A DNA stretch of 64,000 nucleotides from Octopus bimaculoides (GCF_001194135.2 NC_068995.1:45690960-45754959); one strand, 5' to 3'; counted from the first letter of the stretch, positions 38,419 through 51,983 are shown. Program-made: numbers and translations. The notes: generated by a model from the letters alone, not told the origin.

Positions 38419-38900
38419 CAGTGGTTCTCAACCATTTTTCACCTATGTACCCCTTTCATCCCTATTTTACTTGGGTGGATCCCCCATAGCCATTAGATGT
38501 TTTAAAAAAATCCTAATATATTTTTATGATATTATTAGGAATCGTAAGGTAGTGAATTGGCAGAATCATTAGCGCGCCAGGTAAAAAATGCTTAATGCCA
38601 TTTCGACTGTCTTTATGTTCTGCGTTCAAATTCTGCCCAGGTCGACTTCACCATTCATCCTTTTGAGGTCAGTGAATTAAATACCAGTGAAACACTGGGG
38701 TTGATATAATGGACTTGTCCCCTCCCCACAAATCTCAGGCCTTGTGCTTTTAGTAGAAAGGATTATTAGGAATTGTATAAAAATTTGTTAAAATATTTTG
38801 TGCATTGTAGAAAGATAACCGATATATTGCTTATAAATTTTTACAACAAAATCTTATATGGACCCTCAAGGGTCGTGTGGACTCCAGTTGAGAACAACTG
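38419..38900. mobile_element. hAT-type MITE interrupted by a SINE (38547-38761)
   Basis: TIRs cagtggttctcaac / gttgagaacaactg; TSD acataaag / atatatag. The SINE is flanked by a 16-bp duplication attattaggaat(c/t)gta. Confidence 0.8.
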
Positions 38901-38904
38901 ATAT

Positions 38905-39090
38905 ATAGCATGTTTCTTCCTCTCCGTTGCATGTTCTAACATACCATGAATGTCATCCAGAATTGTCTGCTCTGCTCTATTTTTCCTTCCTGTCACCTTA
39001 TCCGTTTTCTCAGCCTCCTTTGCACTCATTTGTGTCACTGATTCCTGAAACCCACCAAATGCACTGTCTGTTGCATCATTAAGCATTATT
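38905..39090 (-). mobile_element. Possible RTE ORF2 endonuclease-RT linker remnant
   Basis: GFQESVTQMSAKEAEKTDKVTGRKNRAEQTILDDIHGMLEHATERKK loosely resembles LINE linker regions. Confidence 0.35.
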
Positions 39091-40252
39091 CACCAACATT
39101 TAGTCATTACTCAACCAGTGGCGGGGAGTCTCTGTGCTGATACTTGACCTGCTAATAATCTTAACTGTATTTCCCTCTGAACACACACTACTGTCTTAAA
39201 AAGAAGTGAAGGACACATTAAACGATGTACATTATCTCTGCACAAAAGATGGGATGGTCGTGTTTGGAATGCCTTTGATTATAAGCCTGCACAGTTAGAA
39301 CTAACATGGAACTATATAAAGGTCTGAATGTCACATACCCCATAGTCTTGTTATATGATATGGATTGTATAAAAACTACAACACCAGTTGTGTGCATGTC
39401 TACACACATGTATGTTTACACATATATATACACACAGTATTGTGCAGAAGATTCTAGTGTTGAGTAACTGTCTCAGTACACATAATGGAGATTCACTTCT
39501 GCACAGGCAACATGGAACTATTCATCTTCCTCACTCACTGAGTATACACTGTGTGTGTATGTAGATGTATGTGAACACACACGCACACACACATATATCG
39601 TTGCTATTGTGTTAAACTGTCGTATGTCCAAATTTGGCCAAATGTGGGATTTTTTATTTTTTTTATTTTTTTTGCAAGATTTAATTTTACTTGAAATAGC
39701 TTGTTCTTTTGGTCAAACTATCGTATCTCCAGCTGCTTCAGATGCCAAGATATGAAAATTGTTGTGAAAGTGTAGTACAACGGCTTAGCATTTTTCAAAA
39801 GTGTAGTAAGCCCCACATACGACAGTTTTGCAAAAATATTTCTGACTGAAAGATATCATTCAATGCATGGACTTATGATTTTATGCACCCAATAAAGTAT
39901 TATTGTTAAGANNNNNNNNNNNNNNNNNNNNNNNNNNNNNNNNNNNNNNNNNNNNNNNNNNNNNNNNNNNNNNNNNNNNNNNNNNNNNNNNNNNNNNNNN
40001 NNNNNNNNNNNNNNNNNNNNNNNNNNNNNNNNNNNNNNNNNNNNNNNNNNNNNNNNNNNNNNNNNNNNNNNNNNNNNNNNNNNNNNNNNNNNNNNNNNNN
40101 NNNNNNNNNNNNNNNNNNNNNNNNNNNNNNNNNNNNNNNNNNNNNNNNNNNNNNNNNNNNNNNNNNNNNNNNNNNNNNNNNNNNNNNNNNNNNNNNNNNN
40201 NNNNNNNNNNNNNNNNNNNNNNNNNNNNNNNNNNNNNNNNNNNNNNNNNNNN

Positions 40253-40283
<31 letters not shown>

Positions 40284-40464
40284 ATCAACATTTAATGTCT
40301 ATTTTCCATGTTGGCAAGGCCAGGAGCTGCACCAGGTTCCATAGTCTATTTAGGAAGGGCATCCAGTTGTAGAAACAGTTGGATGCCCCTCCTAATGCCA
40401 ACCACTTTACAGAGTGTACAGGGTGCATCACCAGTGCTTTTTACATGGCACCAAGCACCAATGG

Positions 40465-40512
<48 letters not shown>

Positions 40513-40513
40513 A

Positions 40514-40660
40514 AGGGCGTGTTGAAAAGTCCTTGGCTTTAAGGATATCGGGAAAGCCCTGGTTGGAGGCCCAACCGTCCGAGTTCTTTTACAGGGTTTA
40601 GAAAAACTGAAGGACTGCTGCAATAAGTGTGTGAATCTGAGAGGGGAATATGTTGAATCA
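40514..40660 (+). mobile_element. Internally deleted mariner remnant
   Basis: TIR-like agggcgtgttgaaaagtcc, then FYRGLEKLKDCCNKCVNLRGEYVE, matching the mariner C-terminal motif FY..GI.KL..RW.KC...G.YVE. Confidence 0.7.
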
Positions 40661-40727
40661 AATCATAATTAACTGACCCAAACTCAGGAGTTTCTCAGCT
40701 ACCACATAAGAAAATCAACCTTGAATA

Positions 40728-40874
40728 TTGGGCCTCATGGAAGCATAGCGGCTGAGTTCCTTTCAAGTGTTGGGCGTCATGGAGGCATAGTGGCTGAGTT
40801 TCTTTTGAGCGTTGGACCTCATTGAGGCAAGGTGGCTGAGTTCCTTTTGGGTGTTGGGCCTCACGGCGGCAAAG
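40728..40874. repeat. 42-bp minisatellite running into a gap
   Basis: 3.5 units of ttgggcctcatggaggcatagtggctgagttccttttgagtg. Confidence 0.9.
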
Positions 40875-42721
40875 NNNNNNNNNNNNNNNNNNNNNNNNNN
40901 NNNNNNNNNNNNNNNNNNNNNNNNNNNNNNNNNNNNNNNNNNNNNNNNNNNNNNNNNNNNNNNNNNNNNNNNNNNNNNNNNNNNNNNNNNNNNNNNNNNN
41001 NNNNNNNNNNNNNNNNNNNNNNNNNNNNNNNNNNNNNNNNNNNNNNNNNNNNNNNNNNNNNNNNNNNNNNNNNNNNNNNNNNNNNNNNNNNNNNNNNNNN
41101 NNNNNNNNNNNNNNNNNNNNNNNNNNNNNNNNNNNNNNNNNNNNNNNNNNNNNNNNNNNNNNNNNNNNNNNNNNNNNNNNNNNNNNNNNNNNNNNNNNNN
41201 NNNNNNNNNNNNNNNNNNNNNNNNNNNNNNNNNNNNNNNNNNNNNNNNNNNNNNNNNNNNNNNNNNNNNNNNNNNNNNNNNNNNNNNNNNNNNNNNNNNN
41301 NNNNNNNNNNNNNNNNNNNNNNNNNNNNNNNNNNNNNNNNNNNNNNNNNNNNNNNNNNNNNNNNNNNNNNNNNNNNNNNNNNNNNNNNNNNNNNNNNNNN
41401 NNNNNNNNNNNNNNNNNNNNNNNNNNNNNNNNNNNNNNNNNNNNNNNNNNNNNNNNNNNNNNNNNNNNNNNNNNNNNNNNNNNNNNNNNNNNNNNNNNNN
41501 NNNNNNNNNNNNNNNNNNNNNNNNNNNNNNNNNNNNNNNNNNNNNNNNNNNNNNNNNNNNNNNNNNNNNNNNNNNNNNNNNNNNNNNNNNNNNNNNNNNN
41601 NNNNNNNNNNNNNNNNNNNNNNNNNNNNNNNNNNNNNNNNNNNNNNNNNNNNNNNNNNNNNNNNNNNNNNNNNNNNNNNNNNNNNNNNNNNNNNNNNNNN
41701 NNNNNNNNNNNNNNNNNNNNNNNNNNNNNNNNNNNNNNNNNNNNNNNNNNNNNNNNNNNNNNNNNNNNNNNNNNNNNNNNNNNNNNNNNNNNNNNNNNNN
41801 NNNNNNNNNNNNNNNNNNNNNNNNNNNNNNNNTATATATATATATATATATATATGGATAGATGTACACTCGCACATGTAATCTATTTTGTGTGTGCAGC
41901 AAAAAACCTGTTCTTGTTAGACATTGGACATTTCTGCAAATGGCACTGGTTCAAGCCATAATGGTAATTGAAAAATGGTAAACACAGTTACCAACATAGT
42001 TTTGACCAGAGCAGTGTTGGTGTTGTGTTAGCTGTTGATGTGTTTATCAAGAACAGTGAACAAGTGGGGTTTTTTTTTTTCCACACCATACATATATATA
42101 TCCATATATATGAGCGTGTGTGTGTGTATATATCTCTATCTATCTATCTATATATATATATATGTATATATATATGTAGTATTTTAATACTTGCTTTCTC
42201 CCTTCCTTTTTCATTGTTCTTTATCTCCTGTATTTCCAAATCTATGATAATTTTCTAATCCAAGTTAATGCCAAAGATCGAGGTCTCCAAAATACGTTTT
42301 TTTTTCGTTTATTGTTTCATTTCAAAACTTCTTTATTTCACTTTTGATTTTTTTTTTAAATACAATTTCTTTGTTCATTTCCATTTAAATTTCATAAATT
42401 TTTATTCTTGGTTATAATTTTTTAAAATTAATTTAATAACGACCATATATTTTATTTTTCTATATTTGTTTAGATTTGTTTTATTTTTTTAACTTTTTTT
42501 TTTGTTTTGTTTATTAGTTTAGCATCTGCTTAATGAAATGGCTTTTCTAGTCATAATAGTAGCCATGACACAAGTTCTGTAGAATACCTCACACAGCCAC
42601 CGTGTTTCGTCCCACTCCCACCTCCTCACATAGAAGCAGTTTTTTTTTTTTTTCACTGGCCTTAAAACTCTGAGTATATATGTCAACACATTGTCAAGAT
42701 TTCACCAAATAATAATAATAA

Positions 42722-43145
42722 CTCTTTTCTCTGGGATTTCCCAATCCAAACAGATCAGGTGCTAGAGTATAACAGACCGGACCTAGTGGTGGTGAACACT
42801 ATATACCACTTGTGCTATATAGTTGATGTTGCGTGCCCCTTTGACCCACGAATAGTCAAGAAGGCAGGCGAAAAAATAAATATATACAATTCTCTTAAGT
42901 ACGAAATAGCCCGGCTATGGAAACTGAAGAAGGTGAAGATGGTGCCAATTATTGTTGGTTCCTTGGGGACAGTATCAGAAGGCATCAAGAGGAATATAAA
43001 GGAAATCGGAATAGAGTGCCCGGTAGAACTGTTACAAAAGATTTGCCTCCTTGGCACGGCCAGAATAATCAGGAAAGTGTTAGAGAGTTGAAAAGAACAG
43101 ATGGCATGGTATTGTAGGCTACAAGGAGTAAGCCTGCTATGCTTG
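42722..43145 (+). mobile_element. 5'-truncated R4/Dong-clade non-LTR retrotransposon (restriction-like endonuclease domain)
   Basis: Open frame LWDFPIQTDQVLEYNRPDLVVV...IVDVACPFD...EKINIYNSLKYEIARLW...PIIVGSLG...LLQKICLLGTARIIRKVL* at 42729-43091; sits next to (AAT)n. Confidence 0.88.
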
Positions 43146-46100
43146 CAAGAATCATTAGCAAACGGGACAAAATGCTTAGCAGCATTTCGTTAGTCGCCGA
43201 GGTCAACTTTGCCTTTCATCCTTTCAGGGTCGATAAAATAAGTACCAGTTGAATACTGGGGCTGATGCAATTGACTTACCCCTTCTCCCAAAATTGCTGG
43301 CCTTGTGCCAAAATTCGAAACCAATATATTGGTAGATATCAATCTGTTGGTCTCCAAAATTACGTTATTTATGTAAAGCCACTTCTCCATCGAGGTAATG
43401 TTACCATACTGTTGTAGTCCGAGATATACATAGCTAAAACACCTTTTATCATAGGTCTGCCTCTTAAAAGCCAGTCTGGAGCTAAATAACTTTTACACTG
43501 CTCTTTTCTTACAAAAATAATTCTATTTATCGATAGCAATTTTATTGGTCAGTACTTGTTGCTGATGTGCCTCCACCCCCTCTCCCTGTCAATTAAGCTT
43601 ATTACTATAAAGGTCACCATCTCTTAACACCCCGCTCCTATTGACACAAACCCTAACCTTCATCCCTCTGCAATAAAATAAAACTTACATTAGCAGAACA
43701 TTATAAATAACATGGGTAAACAAAATTATCAATTTTGTCCTTTCTCAACAACCTTAGTGCCTGTGGAAATTCTGCAGTTATTTTGTAAGGTATAAAATTG
43801 TTAGAAGCTTTTAGAGAACCATGAAATATGTAATTTCTTTTGAAATAGTATTCATTCTTGAGAGTGCCTAAAGTTTACATACGTAGGTAGTACCAAAAGC
43901 GCAGTCTTAGGAGAGAACACCTTTGAAAACTACATTCTTTGTTATGCACTTGTCAGCTCTGAAACATTAAAAGAACTATAGATGAAATGTTCATGAGAAA
44001 AGACTACTCCTCTTCTCTCAAAATATTTATCAGCCAAGTGTTTTATCAATAATGTAAATACTTGGGTACAATAGATTATGCTTTTGGTTTCTTTCCATAG
44101 TTGAAAAAAAGACAACAAAACTTTTTATTCTCTATAGGTTTACAATCGTATTAATGAATCTTGTCTTGAATAAAGTGAATTTTTTGATACTTCACTGGTC
44201 TGTATACACACATACATACATAAATATATATATACATACATATGTGTGTATGTATGTGTGTATACTCTAGGTATTCTTATTATAAAAATAATGTTAAATT
44301 ATATAATTTATTCAAAGAATTTATCTCATTGTAAATATATATTTTTGTTATATCAAGGGTTGACACTGTACTCTGAGTTTCACCCCCCACCCTCACCCCT
44401 GGGGTTGGGCTTTTCATGAATGTATAAACAACTATCCACTCTACCCAATCTATTGCATTCTGTATCAGATACTGTTTGCACCACATATAATTTATAATAT
44501 ATATATCTTTTAATGTATTTTTACAACTCTTAACGATAGAGTATATAATTCTGAGTAGTACAAGTATTAACCGTCACTGCGGTGTGCAATGGAACACATT
44601 AGACAAATTGTATGTAAATGTCTTAACAGTTTATATATATGTATATACAAAAGCATATGTATATATCTGTATATATAAAATACCTAATGTACTGGGCCCA
44701 TATTTGTGGATAAACTTTGAATCAAATCTATGCATGTGAATGTATTTACAATCATATATATATTATCTCATTGTGTATTGATCAGCTTTGTCAAGCCTTT
44801 CGTCTTTGCATGGGGAAGTGCCGCCAAAGGTGCAGGAATGGCTTCGTTACAACGCTCGTCTGGCATTCACGTCTTGTCCTTGCATGCAACCTACCTATTT
44901 ACCTCTGTCGGTTGAAGGGCTCGAAGAGAGGGGTGAAGGGAGAAAAAAAAAAACCTATCTCATTCTATGTTATTTCTGTTGGTCCATCTTGGTATCATCA
45001 TATTGAGAAAAGCATGAACACATCATCTTATCATCATATTGAGAAAAGCATGAACAACACAACATCCCATTGCTCTGCTCTTGTAAATATGAGACCTTGT
45101 GTCTAATGCTTCCAGATTTCCTTGCTGCCAATTGTTATTTTACTATAAAGGTTTTGAATGTCACCTCCTCCCCCTATATTCTATCTTCCCCCTCCTCGTA
45201 ATACCATCGCTTTCTATTTTATACTCCCCTCCTTGTAATATCTCTCCTTTATATTTTATATTGTCTCTACCCACTACATTACTTTTACTGCTGTTCCTTC
45301 TATAATCTATAATGAATACCCTGCCCCCATTTTACCATTAATTACACTTCTGTAATGTATATTACCCTTTTGTTTCATTATTAGTGTTTGTTAACGTCTC
45401 CCTTTCTTTATTGCTCCCCCCACTGTTTTACTGTTGTTTCTTAATGACGTATCCCTTTTTAATATCTCCATCCGCTAACCTTAATATTGTTCTTGTTAAA
45501 ATTAGCTCTGACAATTAAATTTCATTATTTTCAATCAAAATTACAAAAAGATTATTTATTGATAATATTAATTATTCGTTTATTCTCATTTGTCTTTCTG
45601 ATTATGAAATGATAATTTTAAATGTAAAATATATATTGTGTGAGCATATGTGTGCGCGTGCAGTGTGTATGTATCTATGTATATATATCTTTTTAGATGA
45701 TTGTTTTATTTACTTAATATTCGTTGTTACATTGTCTCTGTATGTTATGTTTTGTGTATGCACACTTCCATGGAACATTCTGTAGCTTTGTGTGACGATT
45801 ACTAAGATTTTGTTGGTGTTGTGTAACCCTTGGTGAGCTCTGGTCAGACAATCCCAAGCTAGTCACAGTCAGTCAGCCAGATGACAAGACATGGACCCAC
45901 AAATTCATCTTCCCAATTATACAGTATTACTTCGGTCCAGCTGATGACCATCGACGCACAGTTTGATGGGCAGCAATGAATTGCTGCCCATTCCAACATG
46001 CAATGATGAATCACTTGGCGAGTACAGTGTAACAACCTGGACATGTTGCACACTCTCTGCTTCCCATTTCTGTACACCTGTGGAGACTGTGGATGGCCTC

Positions 46101-46559
46101 ATTTGAGGTGGGCAAGGTGGAGCGAGTCAATGGAATAGTTGCTGTTTCCCTGCACTTACTGGTGGTGGTGGTGTGCATCTCGTTGCAGTATTTGGGACCA
46201 AAGGCAGTTGTTGATGTTGCATCTCTTTCTCTGAGGTAAGAAACTCTCAAGAGAGGTGAACAGCAGAAGGTCTTCAGAGCTGACCCCACTCCACCTCTCA
46301 GGAAAGTGCTTTGGCCCTTAATTTCTTATTCCGTAAGGGGGCCAGGCCACATTCAGGTCATGACACTTGGGTGCTCTTCTGCTGATAATTTTTTTTATCT
46401 ACTTGGATACCAGAGACTTATGCATTTAAACTGCACCTTTCTGTTGACTCAGTTTTCAAACTTATACTTAAAGAACATATAATGTTGGTTGTGAAACATC
46501 AACACTATCACTATGTAGGTGTGTGTGTGTGTTCTTTGTTTGGCTGAATGAGAGTAGTA

Positions 46560-47550
46560 GTAATAGGAGTAGAAGTGCTCAGGATGTTGCTGTAAGTGTT
46601 CTTGGCTGTTTAAATGTTTGGAGGTGATTTATCCATGGGTTAAGCACAAACCGTAGTTAAAGATTGTAGCTTACTGATGAAATTAAACTGTGCTCGTTGC
46701 ATGCCCAGTTGGTCTTTTATTTTTGTTGTTTCTTTTTTTGTTTCATTGTATTGGTAGTGTGTAAACGTAGTCTGTGTACAACCAGTTATAATGTGTAGTG
46801 CGGTCTTTATTGTTCTTGCCACTTCCTTATGGCTTGTTTGTGGAGAGGGTGATTGGGTACTCAGGTAGGACTTGCGTAGTGTGTAATAATTTTAATGCAT
46901 TGTTTGTACATCATTACAGTTGTTTTTTTCCTGTTGACCAAATGTGGTACCTGTAATTGTGCCGATTGTGTTTGTATTGGTTTGCTTTCTTTACCATGTC
47001 TGCTGTGTGTCAGTGTGTCGCGAAGGTGTTTCATATGGCACCTAGTATTTTTATCTTTTTTTTTATTTGTGGCATGTTTACATTGACAAGTTTGATTGAT
47101 GGCCGGGTGTATTCGGTGTTCTCGAGTGTTGCTTGTTGAAAGGGATTTGGTAGGGGCCACTTGGAGCTTGTTGTTTTTGTTATATTGCCAGGCTTCAAGG
47201 GGATTCTGTTTTTTAGAGTTGGAAGAATTGTTCAGCAATGTGTGGAGAATGATGAAAGGTCAGGGAATGTGATGTCATTGTTCATGCGAGGACAGGCTGT
47301 ATGATTTGTGGAGTGTGTGGTATTGTGTAAACTCAGGTTGAAGAGAATGGATGAAAAGCCAAACCTCTCTGGTACTTTACTCAGAAAACCTCCACTTCTG
47401 GAAGTGTTGTTCTTGCACATACATAGGGTTTGTAGCATAAGACACTTTTTGCAAGCCAGCATTTTTGTGTTGTTTCTTAAAATGGTAATGAGTTTTTTTA
47501 TGTGAGTGAAAATCAAGGCTTTACTAATGTCAATCATCACCACCATCACA
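46560..47550 (-). mobile_element. Decayed LINE reverse transcriptase (I/Jockey-like)
   Basis: Frameshifted motifs VMIDISKA, SILFNLSLHN, NDITF, KILG, ITGTTFGQ, YKQCIK..YASP, LHIITGCTQTT. Confidence 0.72.
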
Positions 47551-49299
47551 TCCAGTTAAACAGAACTTACTGAGGCACATTTTCTACATTCGGATGCCCA
47601 TCCTGTCATCAGTCCTCACCTGTTTCCAAGTAAGGTAATATTTCTACATGCCGAACAAAAGATTGGAAATGGATGCCACCTGCATGATGATAAAGCTCGT
47701 TTACAACTATCATGCGATGGCAAGACAAGGAGTGACTAACAGACTTAGTGTGTATGCTATGTGTGTTTGTCTGTAGGCTGCAATTTGGCATGTTGGAGAT
47801 TGCTCCCTCAAGGCATCTGGTGTTCAAACACCTGACAGTGATGGACAGGTGTTTGCTGTCCATGACTTTCAGGTATTTTAACACCCAGTGGTGTGAGACA
47901 CTAAGCACATACATTAAGAATGTGTAGTCAATAATATCTATTTCACTAGCACTGAATCTATTTCACATTTGAATAAAGAAATATATATATATATATAGGA
48001 AAATGAAAAAAAGGCAGAATGCTAAACTGGAAGCATATTTTAATAAAGATTTCTAACCGGTTTTCATTGCGAAGCAAATTATCAAGAAGGAGAATGAAAA
48101 TGTTTTTTACAAAGAAGTACAAAATGAAGAAAATAATATATAAAAAAATAACTATACCAATACATTATATTGTCTTTGAGCTTTTGAAGTTCAATGGTAG
48201 TTCATGTTTATAATGGTTGGAAAAATAAGGATGCATGAGAATAGAGAGTTGTGTTAGGTTTAACAAAAGGGTTAAAAATTTGTGTTAAGCAGGAAGTGTG
48301 GTGTCAAAACAGGAAGTGTGTGTAAGGGGAGACAAATGTTTTTAGTTGGAGTTATGAACTCTTTTTCAACTTCCTGTTGAAAAAGAGGTGGTGCTTCAGC
48401 ATCGCCATAGTCAAATGACTGAAACAAGTAAAAGAGTTTGTATATATGTATATATGTATATATGTATATATGTATATATGTAGTCAAATCGTCCAACCCA
48501 TGCTAGCATGGAAAGCGGACGTTAAACGATGATGATGATGATGTATAGTTTGTCCCCCAGAAGCAGTTGTCTGCTAGTGATACTATGATACTATGAAAAC
48601 CACCACCACCACCTGTGGTAGTAGTAGTAGTAGTGTTTGTATGTATGTGTAGCTAAAGCTGTTGGGAGTGTGGTTTGATGAATTGTAATGATCTCCTTAG
48701 TTCTGTTAGTCTGAAAGTATTTTAGCTTCTCCTGGCCACTTAGAACAACAAATCAAAAAGTAAGGTTGGCGTTGTTGTTGATGTCGATGTTGTTTAGCCC
48801 CAGGTCATCCTTGATTGAGCAGCTTTACGACCAAAGGCATTCCAGCAGGATTACATTCTCCAATGTATTGTATGTTATTTAAGATGGTAGGGCATAATTG
48901 GAATGCAGTTAGGTCGGTATTTCTAGGAGGTTCAGTTGTGTTGGTTTGAAGGAAGACATGTCTAGTGCTAAGCCCTTTGTTATTTGTTATTCTGATGATG
49001 ATACATCAGCAGTTCACTTTAACAAAGGAACTTCTATATCAGCAGTTCTCAGCTGTGGCTTCCAGGGTCACATGTGGCCCTCGAGCATCTTTCTGGCAGC
49101 CCCCGACAGTCTTCCCTCTATGAATATAATGAATTTGTCTTTAATTGAATTGTTTTACTTGTTTTTTTTATTGGTGTAGCATCCTTAAAAAATTCAGGTT
49201 TTGGACCTGGCCTGGATAGCAACATGGTTGAGAACCCACTGCTCTATACAGTGGCTCAACCTACAAGAAGTTGCTGCCAAATCAACCTCAGATCATACA

Positions 49300-49630
49300 C
49301 TACTGAGACCCCCTTCAGTTATGACTGACCATGGGATTGCACCTAGAAAGTTACCTTCCGAGGCACAAGTCCAGGCAAGGTTATTTATGGAAGACCAGCA
49401 GTCGCCCATGCATACCGGTCTCCCCTCTCCACTCCACCGATGTCGTCCAAGGGAAAGACAAAGGCCGATACAGCTTGGCACCTGTGACGTCGCAACACAT
49501 TTCTACAGCTGAGTGAATGGGAGGAACATGAAATAAAGTGTCTTGCTCAAGAACACAACATGCAGCCTGGTCCGGGAATTGAACTCACTACCTTATGATT
49601 GTGAGCCCGACGCTCTAACCACTGAGCCAT
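49300..49630 (-). mobile_element. tRNA-derived SINE, family D
   Basis: Head tggctcagtggttagag...gagttcaattccc. Other copies at 1858-2130 (+) and 17340-17680 (-). Confidence 0.82.
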
Positions 49631-50142
49631 ACACTATGGTATAGTCATGGTTGAAACCCCTTAGATCATAGATTTGCTCAGTCAGTGAGTTTGATATATT
49701 AAGAATTAGCTGTTAATGTATGTGTGTGTGTGTGATATTTTAATGATTAGTAAATTATTGTCATGTAATTTATGACCAACAGTCAGTAAGTGAGTGTGTG
49801 ACCTGTAATAATTAGTAGTTAACTAATGAGAATGTGTGTGTTGCTGTATTAATAATTAAATACTAAGCTAGTCCTACAACTACTTCAATCTTATCTAGAA
49901 AATTCTGGCACCAGGAAAATGGTTTTGTAAATTTTCAGATGTGAATGTATTTGAGATGTGTGTATATAAGGTGTATGTAGTTTCAGTGTGTGTCTGCTAT
50001 GTGTATGTATGTGTACTGTATATACTAGTTATGTGTGTATGAGTTGCCTATGATGTGTATGAGTAGGTTTTCTGCATGTGTGTATCTTGTTGCTGTTAAT
50101 ATTAATCAAATGTTTTCAATGAATTGTTTTCCATTTTTTTAG

Positions 50143-50204
50143 CCACCACCTTCGTTACCAAAAGGAAAATTTTCTCCAGAATTCATAGATTTTGTGGATA
50201 GATG
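50143..50204 (+). CDS. MAP2K1: MEK1/2 coding exon 9
   Basis: ttttag|...|gtaagt; PPPSLPKGKFSPEFIDFVDR(C); 62 nt, same as human. Confidence 0.96.
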
Positions 50205-50938
50205 GTAAGTCACTGTCATCATCGTTGTCATCACCGTCATCATCTTCTTTTGCCATTCTCCTCACAGGAAGTCATTACAGCTGTGTCAGACAAACGCATC
50301 ATCTCTGTTTGGGGTGGACTTAATAATCTATCACTTGCTTTACCTCCACTGCCGCCACTCACCCTATGGATACCTACAGCAGGGTCCACTCTGTTGTAAG
50401 CAGTAGGGCATGGGCCCTGATCTGAAGATAATAGATGCAGGCATGGCCATGTGGTAAGAAGTTTGCTTCCCAACCATATGGTTCCAGGTTCAATCTCACT
50501 GTGTGGCACCCTGGACAAGTATCTTCTATAGCTGCAGGCTGACTAAAGCTTTGTGAATGGATTTGATAGGTGGAAACTGAAAGAAGCCTGTCATATACGT
50601 GCATCTGTTTGTGTCTATGTTTGTCCCTTACAACCACTTGGCAACCAGTTTTGGTGTGTTTATATCTCCCATAACTTAGTGGTTTGGCAAAAGTAACTGA
50701 TAGAATATATACCAGGTTTAAAAATAAAAAAAAGTACTGGGGTTGATTCACTTGACTAAAAACTCTCCAAGATGGTGCTCCAGCATGTCCACAGTCTAAT
50801 GGCTGAAACAAGTAAAAAGGAAAAAGATAACCTGTGCATATCATGCAATCAATCTTGACCAGTCTAAGAGGCCCTGGGAAAAGTCTTGAGCATTGCCCTT
50901 CCTGGGAAACTGCCCTGCCTCTTATGTGTGTGTGTGTG

Positions 50939-51320
50939 TTGGCCCTCCGTCGCTTACAACGTCGAGGGTTCCAGTTGATCCGATCAACGGAACAGCCTGC
51001 TCATGAAATTAATGTGCAAGTGGCTGAGCACTCCACAGACATGTGTACCCTTAACGTAGTTCTCAAGGATATTCAGTGTGACACAGAATATGCCAAGGCT
51101 GACCCTTTGAATTACAAGCACAACAGAAACAGTAAGTAAGAGTGAGAGAAAGTTGTGGTGGAAGAGTACAGCAGGGTTCGCCACCATCCCTTGCCGGAGC
51201 CTCGTGGAGCTTTAGGTGTTTTCGCTCAATAAACACTCATAACGCCCGGTCTGGGAATTGAAACCGCGATCCTATGACCGTGAGTCCGCTGCCCTAACCA
51301 CTGGGTCATTGCACCTCCAC
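50939..51320 (-). mobile_element. tRNA-derived SINE, family E (full length)
   Basis: Reverse-complement match to 14643-15015 along its whole length. Confidence 0.88.
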
Positions 51321-51983
51321 CCTGCCTCTTAACCCTTTAAAAAAAAGAAAACTATAAATTTAACACTCTATGATGGATGGATCCTACGCATTGACAACAA
51401 CAACACTAAGTCCTCATTTTTGCTATTTGATCTAACAGTTGGTGGTATTTTGTTTTGTATCTGTTACCTCCCCTCTTACTGCATTCATTGCTCTAGAATG
51501 GCCACAGTTAGTCCAGTATCTGGAATCTGTACAGGCACATGTAACAGTTTGTTAATATATGTCAGTGTTTAGTTACATTTTGTGTGTCTTTACGTTTTGA
51601 GTTCAAATTCCTCCAAGGTTGACTTTGCCTATCATCCTTTTGGGGTTGATAAAATAAGTACCAGCTGAACACTGGGGTCGATGTTATCGACTTAAATGTA
51701 ATTGCCGAAATTGCTGGCCTTGTGTCAAAATTTGAAAACAATATGTTTAAAGTTAATCGACACGAAATAAGATCAAATGAGTAGAGAGATCAAATGAATA
51801 GAGATGAAATAGGATCATATAGTAGAGGGGTGAAGATAGTGGGGGAAGATTTTATTGAAATGCACAGCTATGAACTGGGTTCAATCCCAGATCGCTAGTG
51901 ACAAAATGATTTTATAATTATGCTTAATTTTTTTCTTTTTTTTTAATGAAGTTTTATTTTTTTTTTCATTTATTTTTTTAAAG

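Noticed and set aside
46215-46260. ctgaggtaagaaactctcaagag as a hammerhead remnant
   Set aside because: The core and stem II are too degenerate to support.
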